64,000 nucleotides of DNA, taken from positions 7,200,001 to 7,264,000 of the forward strand of contig JASGJH010000001.1 in assembly GCA_047601445.1 (NCBI GenBank), written 5' to 3'. Positions 1 to 15,018 of this stretch are shown here, piece after piece. A model generated the notes under the pieces. That model did no database searches and was not told the DNA's origin. It was given only the letters and a program-made list of their open reading frames with translations. This DNA is from Myxococcales bacterium. GTDB taxonomy: Bacteria > Myxococcota_A > Polyangia > Polyangiales > DASUME01. Position 1 is the stretch's first letter. Every line of letters starts with the position of its first letter. Position numbers and translations under genes: made by a program.

Positions 1-336
1 GGGAGCAGCGCGCGCTTGATCGGGAGCTGGGGCGCGGACGCGGTCGCCATCTTTGCCAACGCTCCACCCGAGCAGCGCAGGCCGATCGGTTCGTCCCGCT
101 ACTATCCCTGTGAGGTGGCGCGTGCGTTCAGCCACGAATGCGCCGCGAACCTGTGCGACGTGCTCGAGCGCCGCGTGCGTGTGGCCGTCTTCGCACGCGG
201 GCAAGGGTTGCCCGAGCTCGCTGCGTTGGCCCAGGTGGCCGCCGAGGTGGCAGGCTGGGACGACGCGCGCACGCGCGACGAAATGCAGCGCTACCGCGAG
301 CTCGTGCAGCGTCGTTATCGGGTGCAGGCATCGTGA
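1..336 (+). CDS. FAD-dependent glycerol-3-phosphate dehydrogenase/oxidase, C-terminal part (truncated by window edge)
   Basis: Frame open from base 1. EV..AF.HE.A.NL.DVLERR.R and AEVAGWDDARTRDE resemble the GlpD C-terminal domain. Overlaps the start of a lipid kinase gene. Confidence 0.65.
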   Translation, partial: GSSARLIGSWGADAVAIFANAPPEQRRPIGSSRYYPCEVARAFSHECAANLCDVLERRVRVAVFARGQGLPELAALAQVAAEVAGWDDARTRDEMQRYRELVQRRYRVQAS

Positions 337-1256
337 GTCAAACCGTCGTCATCGTGAATCCCCACAGCCGCTCCGGTGAGATCGGTCGACGTCTGCCCGA
401 GCTCGAACGACTCCTGCAGCGCCACGTCCCCGACCACCGCGTCGTGCTCACCGAACGTGAGGGCGACGGTCGGCGCCTGGCTCAGGTGGCGCTCGCGGCG
501 GGTGCAAGTCGGGTAGCAGTGGCGGGCGGCGATGGAACCACGAGCGAAGTCGTGAGCGGCCTGTTCGCAGCCCACGAGCGACCGGCGGTAGAGCTAGCGA
601 TCTTGCCCTGTGGCTCGGGGGGAGACTTCGGGCGCCTGCTCGGCTTGGGCCGCGATCTCGAAGTTGCCGTGGCCAGGCTCGCCTCGGGAAAGCGTCGCCA
701 AGTCGACGTGGGCCGCGTCAGCTATCGAGGTGCGGACGATCGCCCCGAAGTGCGCTGGTTCCTCAACATCGCGAGCTTCGGCATGAGCGCAGACGCGGCG
801 CACTGGCTGGCGGAGCAGGGGCGCCGTGGCAAGCGCGGTCCGCTTTCGTACATCGAGTCCGGTCTACGCGGGGTGTTCTCCTACGACCCGAAGCCTGTGC
901 GTGTGAAGGTGGACGGAGAGCTCGTGCACACGGGAAAGCTCTTCCTTGGAGCTGCGGCCAATGGGCAGTACTTCGGCGCCGGCATGCAGATTGCGCCTCA
1001 CGCCCGTCCCGACGATGGAGTCTTCGACGTGGTGCTGGCGGGCCAGCTCGGCAAGGCGCAAGCGCTCTGGCTGTTTCCCAAGTTGCAGAACGGTCGCCAT
1101 CTGGGAGATTGCCACATCAAGGTATCGCGCGGCAAGTTGGTGGAGCTCGAGAGCGACGACGAGATCTGGCTCGAGGCCGACGGAGAACCACTCGGTCGTT
1201 TGCCCGCCCGGCTAGAGCTGTTGCCATTGGCTCTTACGCTTGGTGGTCTGCCTTAA
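333..1256 (+). CDS. Diacylglycerol/lipid kinase family protein (YegS/DgkB-like)
   Basis: IVNPHS, AGGDGT, LPCGSGGDF, FLNIASFG, NGQYFGAG and EADGE motifs. GTG start overlaps the upstream TGA (GTGA). Confidence 0.9.
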   Translation: MSQTVVIVNPHSRSGEIGRRLPELERLLQRHVPDHRVVLTEREGDGRRLAQVALAAGASRVAVAGGDGTTSEVVSGLFAAHERPAVELAILPCGSGGDFGRLLGLGRDLEVAVARLASGKRRQVDVGRVSYRGADDRPEVRWFLNIASFGMSADAAHWLAEQGRRGKRGPLSYIESGLRGVFSYDPKPVRVKVDGELVHTGKLFLGAAANGQYFGAGMQIAPHARPDDGVFDVVLAGQLGKAQALWLFPKLQNGRHLGDCHIKVSRGKLVELESDDEIWLEADGEPLGRLPARLELLPLALTLGGLP

Positions 1257-1435
1257 AGAAACCGATCGAGGGTGCCACAGTGTGCTCGCTGCGCGCGCGT
1301 CGCGTGAGGGGCTGCCCACGTGAACCGATGCGATCCCTCGCGCGCTGTGGCTGGCGCACGCCTTGCTCTGGGGAGGCTCGTGCGCGCGCCTTTGCCCGCG
1401 GGCCACTCGTGCGCTTCGACCGAAGGGGTTCAGAC

Positions 1436-2161
1436 ATGGTGCATTCAACGCGGATTTTGCTGTCGTGCTGCGGTGTGTTGGCTGTCCTGAACGTGGGCTG
1501 CGGTGACAGCGGACCGAGCGGTGCCACGTCCGCCTCGGAGATGAGTAAGCCCGACGGCCACCAGCACGGCGGCGGAGATGCCGCTACCAACCAGGAAACG
1601 CCGAGCGACGCGGGCAGCACTCCTTCCCACAGCTTCCGCGAAGCTTGCCTCGCGGCTTGTCACGCCCAGAGTGCGTGCCTCGGCTTCTCGGACAGCGATT
1701 GCATGGATTCGTGCGAGGCGCAGGCGCAGGCGCAGGCGAGTAGCTGTCAGCCGGCAGCCACCGCCGAGCAAGATTGTCTGGCCGGTCTCACGTGTGAACA
1801 GGCCAAGGCGTACGGCACCCAGGGCCGTCGTCAGCACGCCCAGTGCGGAGCCCAGGCGCGCGCCTACTTCGCAGCCTGCACCCTCGATGGCGGAAGCACG
1901 CCCGCGGCCTGCAGCGCCCTGTGCGCGCGCTACGACGCCTGCGGCGCGTCGATGGTGAGCGTCCCCGCCTGCGAGGAGAAGTGCATCCTGCAGGTCAGCT
2001 CCTATCACGCCACCAGCGGCGGCTGCGGCGACGCTTTCCTCACGTTCATCGGCTGCGGTGCGCAAGCAAGCTGCGGCGAGGTCAAAGACCTCGCCGCAAC
2101 CAGCACCTCCCCCGCCGCATGCGATGAGAAGCTCACGGCGATGGAAAAGGCCTGCCAGTAA
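1436..2161 (+). CDS. Cys-rich putative lipoprotein with repeated CxxxC helical motifs
   Basis: Signal peptide ending LNVGC, then a low-complexity linker and two similar Cys-rich units (ACLAACHAQSAC / ACSALCARYDAC). Confidence 0.75.
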   Translation: MVHSTRILLSCCGVLAVLNVGCGDSGPSGATSASEMSKPDGHQHGGGDAATNQETPSDAGSTPSHSFREACLAACHAQSACLGFSDSDCMDSCEAQAQAQASSCQPAATAEQDCLAGLTCEQAKAYGTQGRRQHAQCGAQARAYFAACTLDGGSTPAACSALCARYDACGASMVSVPACEEKCILQVSSYHATSGGCGDAFLTFIGCGAQASCGEVKDLAATSTSPAACDEKLTAMEKACQ

Positions 2162-2315
2162 GAACGGAGGCGGAGGCGGAGGCGGTGGCCGTGGCGGCAC
2201 ACACGCCAGCGGCCGCCGAGGCAGCCGCGGATTTCGCCACTGCCACTGCCACGGATTGCGCCCCGGGTCACGGCTATGGGCGCATGGCTCTCGAGCGGAT
2301 TACACTCGGGCCGAC

Positions 2316-2897
2316 GTGACGAAAAAGAGGCTCAAGGTCGTCGAAGCCCGGAACGAGAAGCTCGGTCGCCCCAACATCATGGATCGCGCGCTAGCCCACC
2401 GTTACGGCACGCCGTACGTGTACCTGGTCGCGTTCGCCATTGACGTGGACCGCGTGCACGAGCTCGACCCGCAGGATGGTTCGCTGCCGTTCGGCTGGGA
2501 GGTCTGGTTGGTGGAGCGCTACCTCACCAATCTGTTCGTCGACTTCGCCCGCGGCGTGCTGCCGAGCGACCCGGTGCAGATGGTGGAGCACGCCTGCCTG
2601 GCCGTGATGGATTTGCCACGCGTGAAGCCCGGCCAGGCCGCCCCGTTCGGGAGCCAGCTGCCCTTTGCCGTGTATGCGGGCGTGGCGCGTAAGCATCTGC
2701 CGAACCGCCTGGGCGACTGCTTCCAGACCTGGAAGAAGCCGCCGGTCGATCTGCTCGACGATCTGCGCACCATCGACGTCCAGACTGGCGGGCCTGAGCG
2801 CCTGGTGCAGTTTTGCCTGGGCTCGAACGTGCAGCCTGGACTCATTCAACCCGTCCAGGACGCGCTCCGTAGCCTGCTCGAGGCGCAGCCCGAGTGA
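2316..2897 (+). CDS. Hypothetical protein
   Basis: Globular-looking composition and GC3-rich codons from GTG 2316 (VTKKRLKVVEARNE). Confidence 0.65.
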   Translation: MTKKRLKVVEARNEKLGRPNIMDRALAHRYGTPYVYLVAFAIDVDRVHELDPQDGSLPFGWEVWLVERYLTNLFVDFARGVLPSDPVQMVEHACLAVMDLPRVKPGQAAPFGSQLPFAVYAGVARKHLPNRLGDCFQTWKKPPVDLLDDLRTIDVQTGGPERLVQFCLGSNVQPGLIQPVQDALRSLLEAQPE

Positions 2898-2986
2898 CCG
2901 CTCCGCGCGTCTGGTCGAAGCGGTGAATACGCTGGATCGCAGGGAGAAGCGCGGGCTCCTGCGCTTCGAATGAGGAGCCGACGCGT

Positions 2987-4237
2987 TCACTTCTTGAGCG
3001 ATGTGATCCAGTCCTTCACTTGCTTGAGTCCCGTCTCGTCCGCTACTTCGGTCCCGATCGGTGGCATCTGCAGCGTGCCCTCGCCACGCTGGCTCGCGCG
3101 GATCACCATCTCACTCTTGTCCGGATAGCCGGGCTCGATGATGTGCAGGTCGGGCAGGACCGAGTTCGGTTGGAGCACCGTGGTGCTGTAGCCCAGCGTG
3201 TGTTCCAGGGTGTCGAGCTTGTCGGTGCGCTCCCAGAAGATGGGCCCACCCGTGCGCGGGCCCCGCTTGAGGATCTGCTCGTAGGCCGTGGTGCCCGGGC
3301 GGTGGCAATGGCCGCAGTTGGCGTGCAAGTAGCCGAGGGCGTTCTCGGCCAGGGTGCCGCCGGGGATCTTGAAATTGGCCGCGGGCGGCTTGCTGAGGCG
3401 CCCCTCGCGCGCGAGGGACATCAGGTTCCTGCCCGAAAGGTCGTGCGAGAGCTGCAGCGCGCTCACGCCGAGCAACACACCTTGACTGTTGTGGCAGCGC
3501 ACGCACTGGGTTTGGTCCGGGATATCGTGGGCGGTGCCCAGCGCGTTGGCTTGTCCCGCGGGCACGGCGTCGGCGTCGCGTTGGTCCGCGCGCCAGCGGT
3601 AGGCCACCATGACCCAGCGATCTTCGGCCGCCTTGTGCAGCATGCGAGTCTCCACGCGCACGCCATCGACGCGGAACTCCTTCCAGGCCTTGGTGCCCAC
3701 CGGGAAATTCCAGGCATCCATGTCGCTGGTGTCGATCTGCTTGCCGACCGGCAAACGCAGCCAACGGCGCTTGATCGCTCCGTCGGACCACAGCACGAAG
3801 TGCGGTTGGAAGCTCATCACGTCGCCGCGCACGACGTCGTATTGGATGCTTTGGTATAGCCCTGTCTGCGACAGCAGCTCCGGATAGCCGCCATCACTCA
3901 ACGGGCCTTCGACGTCCGCGTCCGAGCCGGCATCAGTCTGGGCATCCGCGTGCGCACCCGCGTCGCTTGGCGCCGCGTCCATTTCGTGCCCGGCGTCTCC
4001 TTCATGCCCTGCGTCGAGGATGAGCGCGGGCGAGGCGTCCTGACCGGCGTCCTCTGGCTCCTCCACCGGCATCTCGTCGACCCCGCGATCGAAGGAGCCG
4101 TCGAACCCTGCGTCCTCGAGCTCGGGCGCTCCGCGCCGCCCGGTGGCGTGCGTGTCCAGCGTGCACCCCGCGAGTGCCAGGCAAGCCGACAGGAGAAGCG
4201 ACGAGGCGCGCCGTCGCATGCGGTTGGGCTCAGTCAT
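2987..4237 (-). CDS. Diheme c-type cytochrome lipoprotein (SO2930-like)
   Basis: Lipobox LAGC, DAG-rich linker, [50 protein letters not shown]. Confidence 0.8.
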   Translation of the reverse strand: MTEPNRMRRRASSLLLSACLALAGCTLDTHATGRRGAPELEDAGFDGSFDRGVDEMPVEEPEDAGQDASPALILDAGHEGDAGHEMDAAPSDAGAHADAQTDAGSDADVEGPLSDGGYPELLSQTGLYQSIQYDVVRGDVMSFQPHFVLWSDGAIKRRWLRLPVGKQIDTSDMDAWNFPVGTKAWKEFRVDGVRVETRMLHKAAEDRWVMVAYRWRADQRDADAVPAGQANALGTAHDIPDQTQCVRCHNSQGVLLGVSALQLSHDLSGRNLMSLAREGRLSKPPAANFKIPGGTLAENALGYLHANCGHCHRPGTTAYEQILKRGPRTGGPIFWERTDKLDTLEHTLGYSTTVLQPNSVLPDLHIIEPGYPDKSEMVIRASQRGEGTLQMPPIGTEVADETGLKQVKDWITSLKK

Positions 4238-5132
4238 TTTTCGCCCCCGCTCGGATCCAGCTGCGGAACACTTCGATCTGCGTGTCGCTCAAGGCCGGGT
4301 AGTTGTCTGGCATGCGCACGCCGCAGTCGGCGGTTCCTTCGAGCTTGTGGATGATCAAGCTCTTCGTCGGATCGCCGGGTTTGACGCGCACCTGGCCGGT
4401 TCCGCCGCAGTCGATGCCCGCCGCGGAGACGTTGACCAGGTTCTGATAGGCCTTGTCCTGCGAAGACATGTCGAGGTGTCCGAGCTGGAAGCCGATGTGG
4501 TCCGCCACGTGGCAGAACGCGCAGTGCTTCCAAATAATGGCGTAGACCTTGGTGAACGTGGTGGTGGGCGGCTTGGTGGTGCCCGCGTCGGTGGTGCCCG
4601 CATCGGGCTTGGTGCCCGCGTCGGTGGTGCCCGCATCGGGCTTGGTGCCCGCGTCGGTGGTGCCTGCATCGGGCTTGGTGCCCGCGTCGGTGGTGCCCGC
4701 ATCGGGCTTGGTGGTGCCTGCGTCGGTCGAGCCTGCATCAGGCTTGGTGGTGCCTGCGTCAGGCTTGGTGGTGCCCGCGTCGGTGGTGCCCGCATCCTTG
4801 GGCACGCTGGCGTCAGGCCGAGCTGTGCCTGCGTCACTCGTGCCTGCATCCGAGCCCACGGCCCGTGCCGGCGGCATGCTTGTCTGGGCATCGCTCGGTA
4901 CCGCAGCATCGCGCGGTCCCGCGTCGAGGCGCGGGCCGGGCAGAGCCATCGTGCCTGCATCCTCGGACTCCGGGTCGCTGTCCGAGTCGTGAGACCCCGT
5001 GTCCGGGGTGTCGGCGTCCAGCCACTCATGCTGGGTCAGTTGTTCGTGGTCCGCTTCCTCCGGTGCGCAGGCGGCGCCGAGAAGACAGCTCGCACCAAAA
5101 AGTCTCAGTAGCGTAAGGGAGTAATTGCGCAT
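4230..5132 (-). CDS. Lipoprotein with tandem-repeat linker and C-terminal monoheme cytochrome c domain
   Basis: Lipobox GAAC, (TKPDAGTTDAG)n, CAFCH, VKPGDP.KSLI..KL, RMP (distal Met). Confidence 0.8.
   Translation of the reverse strand: MRNYSLTLLRLFGASCLLGAACAPEEADHEQLTQHEWLDADTPDTGSHDSDSDPESEDAGTMALPGPRLDAGPRDAAVPSDAQTSMPPARAVGSDAGTSDAGTARPDASVPKDAGTTDAGTTKPDAGTTKPDAGSTDAGTTKPDAGTTDAGTKPDAGTTDAGTKPDAGTTDAGTKPDAGTTDAGTTKPPTTTFTKVYAIIWKHCAFCHVADHIGFQLGHLDMSSQDKAYQNLVNVSAAGIDCGGTGQVRVKPGDPTKSLIIHKLEGTADCGVRMPDNYPALSDTQIEVFRSWIRAGAKND
4561..4800. repeat. Intragenic tandem repeat (33-bp unit, TKPDAGTTDAG, plus shorter variants)
   Basis: Repeated gtgcccgcgtcggtggtgcccgcatcgggcttg units; boundaries approximate. 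Confidence 0.9.
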
Positions 5133-5444
5133 CGCGTCTCCATCCGTGACGACCCGAGGAGAACGCAGAGCAAGAGGTATTCCCCGCTCACTTGGCGAGG
5201 TTTGGAACAGGAATCGACAGGCGCGAATTCACGAGCGGATTCAGCGCGACGCACGCCTTCGAACGCGGCCGCGAAGCGCGTCCATGAGAGCGCGCACGGC
5301 GAAGCGTGCGAACACGAGCGAATGGCAACCAAACGGCCTCATTGCGCCCAGATCAGCTCGCGCGTGGACCACGATTGCGCAGCGATCTCGGCTTTGGCCA
5401 CGGTGCATCGCCACGTGCGATCGATGGCGCGCACGTGCGCGTGC

Positions 5445-6598
<1,154 letters not shown>

Positions 6599-6602
<4 letters not shown>

Positions 6603-7189
6603 GTTGTACTCCCAGCGACAGTCGAGACGATGAATGCGGTCAGCTCGCTGAGCGAGCCGGTAAACTGCGGTTGCGCGCGCGCGATGGCGGCCTCCGGCAT
6701 CAAGGGCATCTGCGCCGACTCGGGGCTCTGCACGGCGACCAGGCCGCCGTTCTCGCGCACGCACTGGGCGCCGCGCGCGCCATCCTCGTTGGCGCCCGTG
6801 AGCACCACGGCCAACAGGCTCGGACCGAATACCTGCGCGGCCGACTCGAACAACACATCGATGGAAGGACGCGAGTAGTGCTCCGGCGCGTCGATCGAGA
6901 GGGCCAGGGTGGTCTCGGACTCCACCAGCATGTGATAGTCCGGTGGTGCGAACCAGACGCTGCCCGCGCCGAACGACGCCTGATCGCTCGCTTCACGCAC
7001 GGAGAGGGGGCACAGAGACGAGAAAATCTCGCACAGCAAGCTCGGTTTGCGCGGCGGCAGATGAACCACCACGAACACAGGGGCTGCAAAGTTGGCCGGC
7101 AGAGCTGGCAAGACCACGCGCAGGGCTTCGATGGCCCCTGCAGAGGCGCCAACCACCACGGCTCGGATGGGGCTCGGGTGTTTCAGCAT
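6599..7189 (-). CDS. cheB: Stand-alone CheB methylesterase (no REC domain)
   Basis: GASAG, VVHL, SRPSIDVLFES, LTGANEDG (Ser-His-Asp triad present). Confidence 0.9.
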
Positions 7190-7991
7190 CGCTGGTACCA
7201 GCCCGCCTTCTCGCTGCGCTCCCGGAACGCACCCGCGTGCGTCGAGAAGCGCAGCGACTCCTTGGAGCCGAGCCCAAGGAAGCCCTTGCGACACAGCGAC
7301 TCCCGAAAGAGGCCCACGGTGCGGTCCTGCAGCTGACGGTCGAAGTAGATGAGCACGTTGCGGCAGGACACCAGCTGCACCTCGGCGAACACGTTGTCCG
7401 TGGCCAGGCTGTGATCCGAGAACACCGCGCGCTGCACCAGACTGCGGTCGAACACGGCCGACCCGTAGGCAGCGGTGTAGTACTCCGAGAGGGAGCAGCG
7501 TGCGCCCGACTGCCGGTGGTTCTCGGTGAAGGTAGGGATCCGATCGATGCCGTAGACACCGGCCTCGGCTTTGCGCAGGGCATCCGGGTTGATGTCGGTG
7601 GCGTAGATCAGGCTGCGCTCGAGCAGGCCTTCCTCGCGCAGCACGATCGCGAGCGAGTAGACCTCTTCGCCGGAGCTACAGCCCGCCACCCAGACGCGAA
7701 TCGAAGGGTAGGTGTGGAGAATCGGCACGATATGCTCGCGCAGGGCGCGATAGTAGGCCGGGTCCCGGAACAAATCGCTCACCGGCACGGTCATCAATTG
7801 CAAGAGCCGCGTGAACTGCTCGGGCTGGAAGGCCAGGAGCTCGTCCAGCTCGGGCAAGCTCTCGCAGCGCAGGTCGCCCAGCGCGCGCGAGAGTCGGCGG
7901 CGCAGCGAGGCGCGGGCGTAGGAGCGGAAGTCGTAGTGGAAGCGTCGGTAGATCGACTCCAGAAAGGTATCCAGCTGTCGATCGTCGAAGT

Positions 7992-7995
<4 letters not shown>
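7183..7995 (-). CDS. cheR: CheR-type protein-glutamate O-methyltransferase
   Basis: YDFRSY, LFRDP, WVAGCSSGEEVYS, ATDIN, SCRNVLIYF, LGSKES. Confidence 0.93.
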
Positions 7996-11492
<3,497 letters not shown>

Positions 11493-11679
11493 GGCGGGCT
11501 TCGTGAGCGTACTGCTCCGCGCGAACCTTGCCCTTACTTACTTGTCCCAAGAATAGAAAAAGTCCGCACACAGGTTCTGCTGCCGACTAGGGCCGCGTGG
11601 AATCCGCCGACCAGGTTGCCCCAGTGGGGCAAAACTGCGATGGCTGCCGAACAATTGCCCTTAGCGCGTATGGGCTCCC

Positions 11680-12252
11680 TTACTCGGATGCGGACGCGCG
11701 GGCCCGGCTGCCGAACGCTTGCACCGCGGCGGCCGAAATCGTGCGTGACTCCGGCGGCGCTACCGTGCTGCCACTCGGAACGCTCTTCATGATCACGGTG
11801 TTGGCGCCGATTTTCACGTGATCTCCCACGCGTACCTTGCCGAGCACGCGCGCGCCGACGTAGATATCGACGTGGTCGCCGACCGTGGGGAACATGCCCT
11901 CGCTGTTGGCGTTCGTGCCGAGCGTGACCTCGTGGAAGATCAGGCAGTCTTCACCGATCACGCAGGAGCCGATGATCACGCTCCACGGGTGGATCAGGCA
12001 CAGGCCCGGGCCGATCTGGGCGTCCGGGCTGATGCGCAAGTTGAAGCCGACGCGCCAGACGGTGTCCATGGCCCGCTGCGGGACATGCACCAGCAGCCGG
12101 AGAGGGCGAGGGACCGCGCGCACCCAAACTCCGAGTCGATGCGTGGCGCCGGCCCAGAAGCCCAGGTTTCTGAGCGGCCCGCCGAAGCCGGCGTAGCGGC
12201 GCGCGTCCCGGCGCAGGTCGTGCACGAGTTTCTTGCTGGCCTGGTACATCAT
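11680..12252 (-). CDS. Hexapeptide-repeat O-acyltransferase (CysE/WcaB-like)
   Basis: AQIGPGL.LIHP, IFHEVTLG, PTVGDHVDIYVGARVLG, IGANTVI left-handed beta-helix repeats. Confidence 0.85.
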   Translation of the reverse strand: MMYQASKKLVHDLRRDARRYAGFGGPLRNLGFWAGATHRLGVWVRAVPRPLRLLVHVPQRAMDTVWRVGFNLRISPDAQIGPGLCLIHPWSVIIGSCVIGEDCLIFHEVTLGTNANSEGMFPTVGDHVDIYVGARVLGKVRVGDHVKIGANTVIMKSVPSGSTVAPPESRTISAAAVQAFGSRARASASE

Positions 12253-12340
12253 GGGGGGATCTCCTGGGAAGAGGCCGCGAGACGCGCGGTCGCGCGTGAG
12301 CCCGGGCTCGCGCTCTCGTCGCGCACCGCCACAGCCGAAG

Positions 12341-13516
12341 TCATGCGTCGGCCGCGAGGACCAGCGCAGAGGTCGATCCCGTCCTCGAGCTCGCCGTGGT
12401 GAGCAGTGCTCCGCGCTCGATGCGCGCCGAGCGCTGCGTGTAGCGTGGCCCCGGCACGCGAGGGGTGGAGAGGCCCGCGATGGCGGGGGCCACGCCGCTG
12501 CGCAGCGCGGAGAGCCCGACCAGCACTTGCAACAGGCCGGCGGCGTCCATGCTCTCCCCGAGGTTGGCCTTGGGTGCGATCAGGGCAGGTGGCTTGGGCG
12601 ACGACGCGTAGAACATGGCGCACAGGGCGTGCGCGTGTGCCTCGTCGTCGCTCGGGAGACCGTTGGCTCCCGAGCTGATGAGCGCCACGTCGGCGGGGGA
12701 GAGCTCGGCGCGAGTCAACGCCCGCTGAGCGCTGTCGGCCAGGCTCATGCCGAGCGTCTCGGGCGACGGATGAAAGCCCGCCGCGTGCCCGAGCACCACG
12801 CCGTGAACATTGGCAGCGCGCTCGCGGGCGGCGGTCAAGGGTTCGACCACTAACGCGCAGGCGGCTTCGGCCAGCACCATGCCGCGGCTCTCGGCGTCGA
12901 ACACACGCGCTCCGTGGTGATCGCTGAGATTGGCGTCGCAGCCCAGACTGTGGCCCGCGAGCGGCGCGAAGGCCCCAACCACCAGGCAGGCTCGCAAGCG
13001 ACCGCTCTCCACCATGCGCGCTGCGAAGCCGAGCGCCTCGAGCCCGCCCGCAGCTCCCACGCTCAAGGTCACCGAGCAGCCGCGCATCCGAAACGCCAGG
13101 GCGCTCGCCGAGCCCGGGGCGCTGCCGATGGCGAGCGGCATCAACGCGGGGTTGGTGCGCTCCATGCCCTTGGTGACCAGTCCGAAGTCGTACTCCACCA
13201 GCGTATCCACATGACCATGGGTGGAGGCCATCACGAGCCCGAACTGCTCGCTCGGCACCTGATCGCTCCCGAGCCTGGCGTCCGAAAGCGCCAGCGTGGC
13301 GGCGCAGATGCCGAGCTGGGTGGTGCGGTTGTAGGCCCGCATGCCGCGCACGTTGGCGTAGCGCGACGCCTCGAAGTTCGGCACCATGAGGCTGCCCGCG
13401 CCCTGCTGCGTGAGCGCGCTCTGGCCCTCTCGCAAGCTCTCCATCAGCCGCGCCAGATCGTCGCCCAGCGGCGTGATCAAGCCCGCACCCGTGATCGCTG
13501 CGCGCGTGGACCTCAT
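12341..13516 (-). CDS. Ketosynthase-like chain length factor (CLF/KS-beta), catalytically inactive
   Basis: ITGAGLITPLG. The catalytic Cys position reads SVGAAGG, the His boxes read SGANG and KANLGE. ATGA overlap with the KS gene. Confidence 0.85.
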   Translation of the reverse strand: MRSTRAAITGAGLITPLGDDLARLMESLREGQSALTQQGAGSLMVPNFEASRYANVRGMRAYNRTTQLGICAATLALSDARLGSDQVPSEQFGLVMASTHGHVDTLVEYDFGLVTKGMERTNPALMPLAIGSAPGSASALAFRMRGCSVTLSVGAAGGLEALGFAARMVESGRLRACLVVGAFAPLAGHSLGCDANLSDHHGARVFDAESRGMVLAEAACALVVEPLTAARERAANVHGVVLGHAAGFHPSPETLGMSLADSAQRALTRAELSPADVALISSGANGLPSDDEAHAHALCAMFYASSPKPPALIAPKANLGESMDAAGLLQVLVGLSALRSGVAPAIAGLSTPRVPGPRYTQRSARIERGALLTTASSRTGSTSALVLAADA

Positions 13517-14736
13517 GGCATCCTCCTGATCAGCGTACTCACGTTGAAGCCCCCGAAACCCGCCGCCATGTTCAGGCACGTGGTGAGCGCGGCCGGGCGC
13601 CCCTTGAGCGGCACGAAATCGAGGCCGAAGGCCGGGTCCGGGTCGGTCAGGCTCGCCGTGGGCAACACCGCCTGTCGCTCCAGCATCAGCACGCAAGCGA
13701 TGGCCTCGATGGCGCTCGCCGCGCCGTTGGTGTGCCCCAGCATCGACTTGATGGAGGACACCGGCACCTGCGTGCAGCGCGCCCCGAGTACGGCCTTGAG
13801 CGCCAGCACCTCGCCCGCGTCGTTGTACTGCGTGCCCGTGCCGTGCGCGCTCACATAGTCGATCTCGTCGGCCGACGCGCCGCTGGTGGCCAGTGCCTGC
13901 AGAGCAGCCCGTGCGAAGCCCTCGCCGGTGGGCTCGGGAGCCGTGAGATGGTACGCGTCGTTGCTGATGCCGAAGCCGAGTAGCTCGGCCCTGCAGCGCG
14001 CCCCCCGGCGCTCGGCGTGCTCGAAGCTCTCGAGCACCAGCACCGCCGCTCCCTCACCGAACGACACCCCGTCGCGCTCGCGGTGGAAGGGCTTGAGGAA
14101 GCTCTTGGAGAGCGCCCCCATCCGACGAAAGCCGCAGTAGGTGAGCCGCGTCAGCGTATCGACGCCACCCACCAGTACGAGCTCGGCGCCGCCAGACGCG
14201 ACCAGGTCGTAGCCCCATGCGATGGCGGCGTTGCCAGAGCTGCAGGCGGTGGCGTTCATCAGCACGGGCCCGGTTGCGCCCACGTCGCGCGCCACGGCCG
14301 CGGCGATCCGGTGATTGTCGGAGCATTCGAAGAGCTCTCCCCAGCTTGTCGCCTGCGCGTCCTGCGCACGCTGCTCATTGAACGCTCCGACTTGGCGTTC
14401 CTCCCCCAAGGTCGTGCCGAGCACCACACCTGCTCCGGTCAGCGCCGGGCTGGCCGCGGTAAGACCTGCGTCGCGCAGCGCACGCCGGCCTGCGCACACC
14501 GCAAGCCCGACGGCGCGGCGCGCCGGTGTTCCCCACTCCGCCCACGGATCTTCCGTGAGGTCCGCCTCGGCCCCCACGAGGCCCGGCAGCTCCGCGATGG
14601 CGAAGTGCTCGAGCGGCTTGATGAACGAGGTCCCCGTGTAGAGCGCGTCCCAAAAGCGCCCCAGATCTCCGCCCGCCGGGCTCACCAAACCGAGTCCAGT
14701 GATCGCAACACGTCGTTCGCGTCGGACGGATGTCAT
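13513..14736 (-). CDS. Type II beta-ketoacyl-ACP synthase (KS-alpha/FabF-like)
   Basis: VAITGLG, TACSSG, GEGA, AHGTGT, KSMLGH, GFGG: complete Cys-His-His triad. Confidence 0.92.
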   Translation of the reverse strand: MTSVRRERRVAITGLGLVSPAGGDLGRFWDALYTGTSFIKPLEHFAIAELPGLVGAEADLTEDPWAEWGTPARRAVGLAVCAGRRALRDAGLTAASPALTGAGVVLGTTLGEERQVGAFNEQRAQDAQATSWGELFECSDNHRIAAAVARDVGATGPVLMNATACSSGNAAIAWGYDLVASGGAELVLVGGVDTLTRLTYCGFRRMGALSKSFLKPFHRERDGVSFGEGAAVLVLESFEHAERRGARCRAELLGFGISNDAYHLTAPEPTGEGFARAALQALATSGASADEIDYVSAHGTGTQYNDAGEVLALKAVLGARCTQVPVSSIKSMLGHTNGAASAIEAIACVLMLERQAVLPTASLTDPDPAFGLDFVPLKGRPAALTTCLNMAAGFGGFNVSTLIRRMP

Positions 14737-14750
14737 GGGTTAGTTTTCCT

Positions 14751-14975
14751 TCACAGTCTCAGGGACTCGACCACGCGCACCAGGTCATCGAAGGTGCCGA
14801 CCTCGGCATAACGCTCCTCGGGAAACTTCACCGAGAAGGTCTGCTCGATCTCGAACATCAGCTCCATCACGCGCACCGAGTCCACCTTGAGCTCGTCCCG
14901 CAAGTGCGCTGACCTCGCGAAGTCGTCCTCAGTCTCCGCGATCTTTGCCACGATGGTTCGCAGTTCCTTTTCCAT
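14751..14975 (-). CDS. Acyl carrier protein
   Basis: 74 aa, acidic; LKVDSV phosphopantetheine site; EQTFSV; GGGGAGAACAGGG purine-rich RBS region. Confidence 0.9.
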   Translation of the reverse strand: MEKELRTIVAKIAETEDDFARSAHLRDELKVDSVRVMELMFEIEQTFSVKFPEERYAEVGTFDDLVRVVESLRL

Positions 14976-15018
14976 ACCCCTGTTCTCCCCCTTTTACGAA
15001 TCCAATGCCGGTCAGCCT

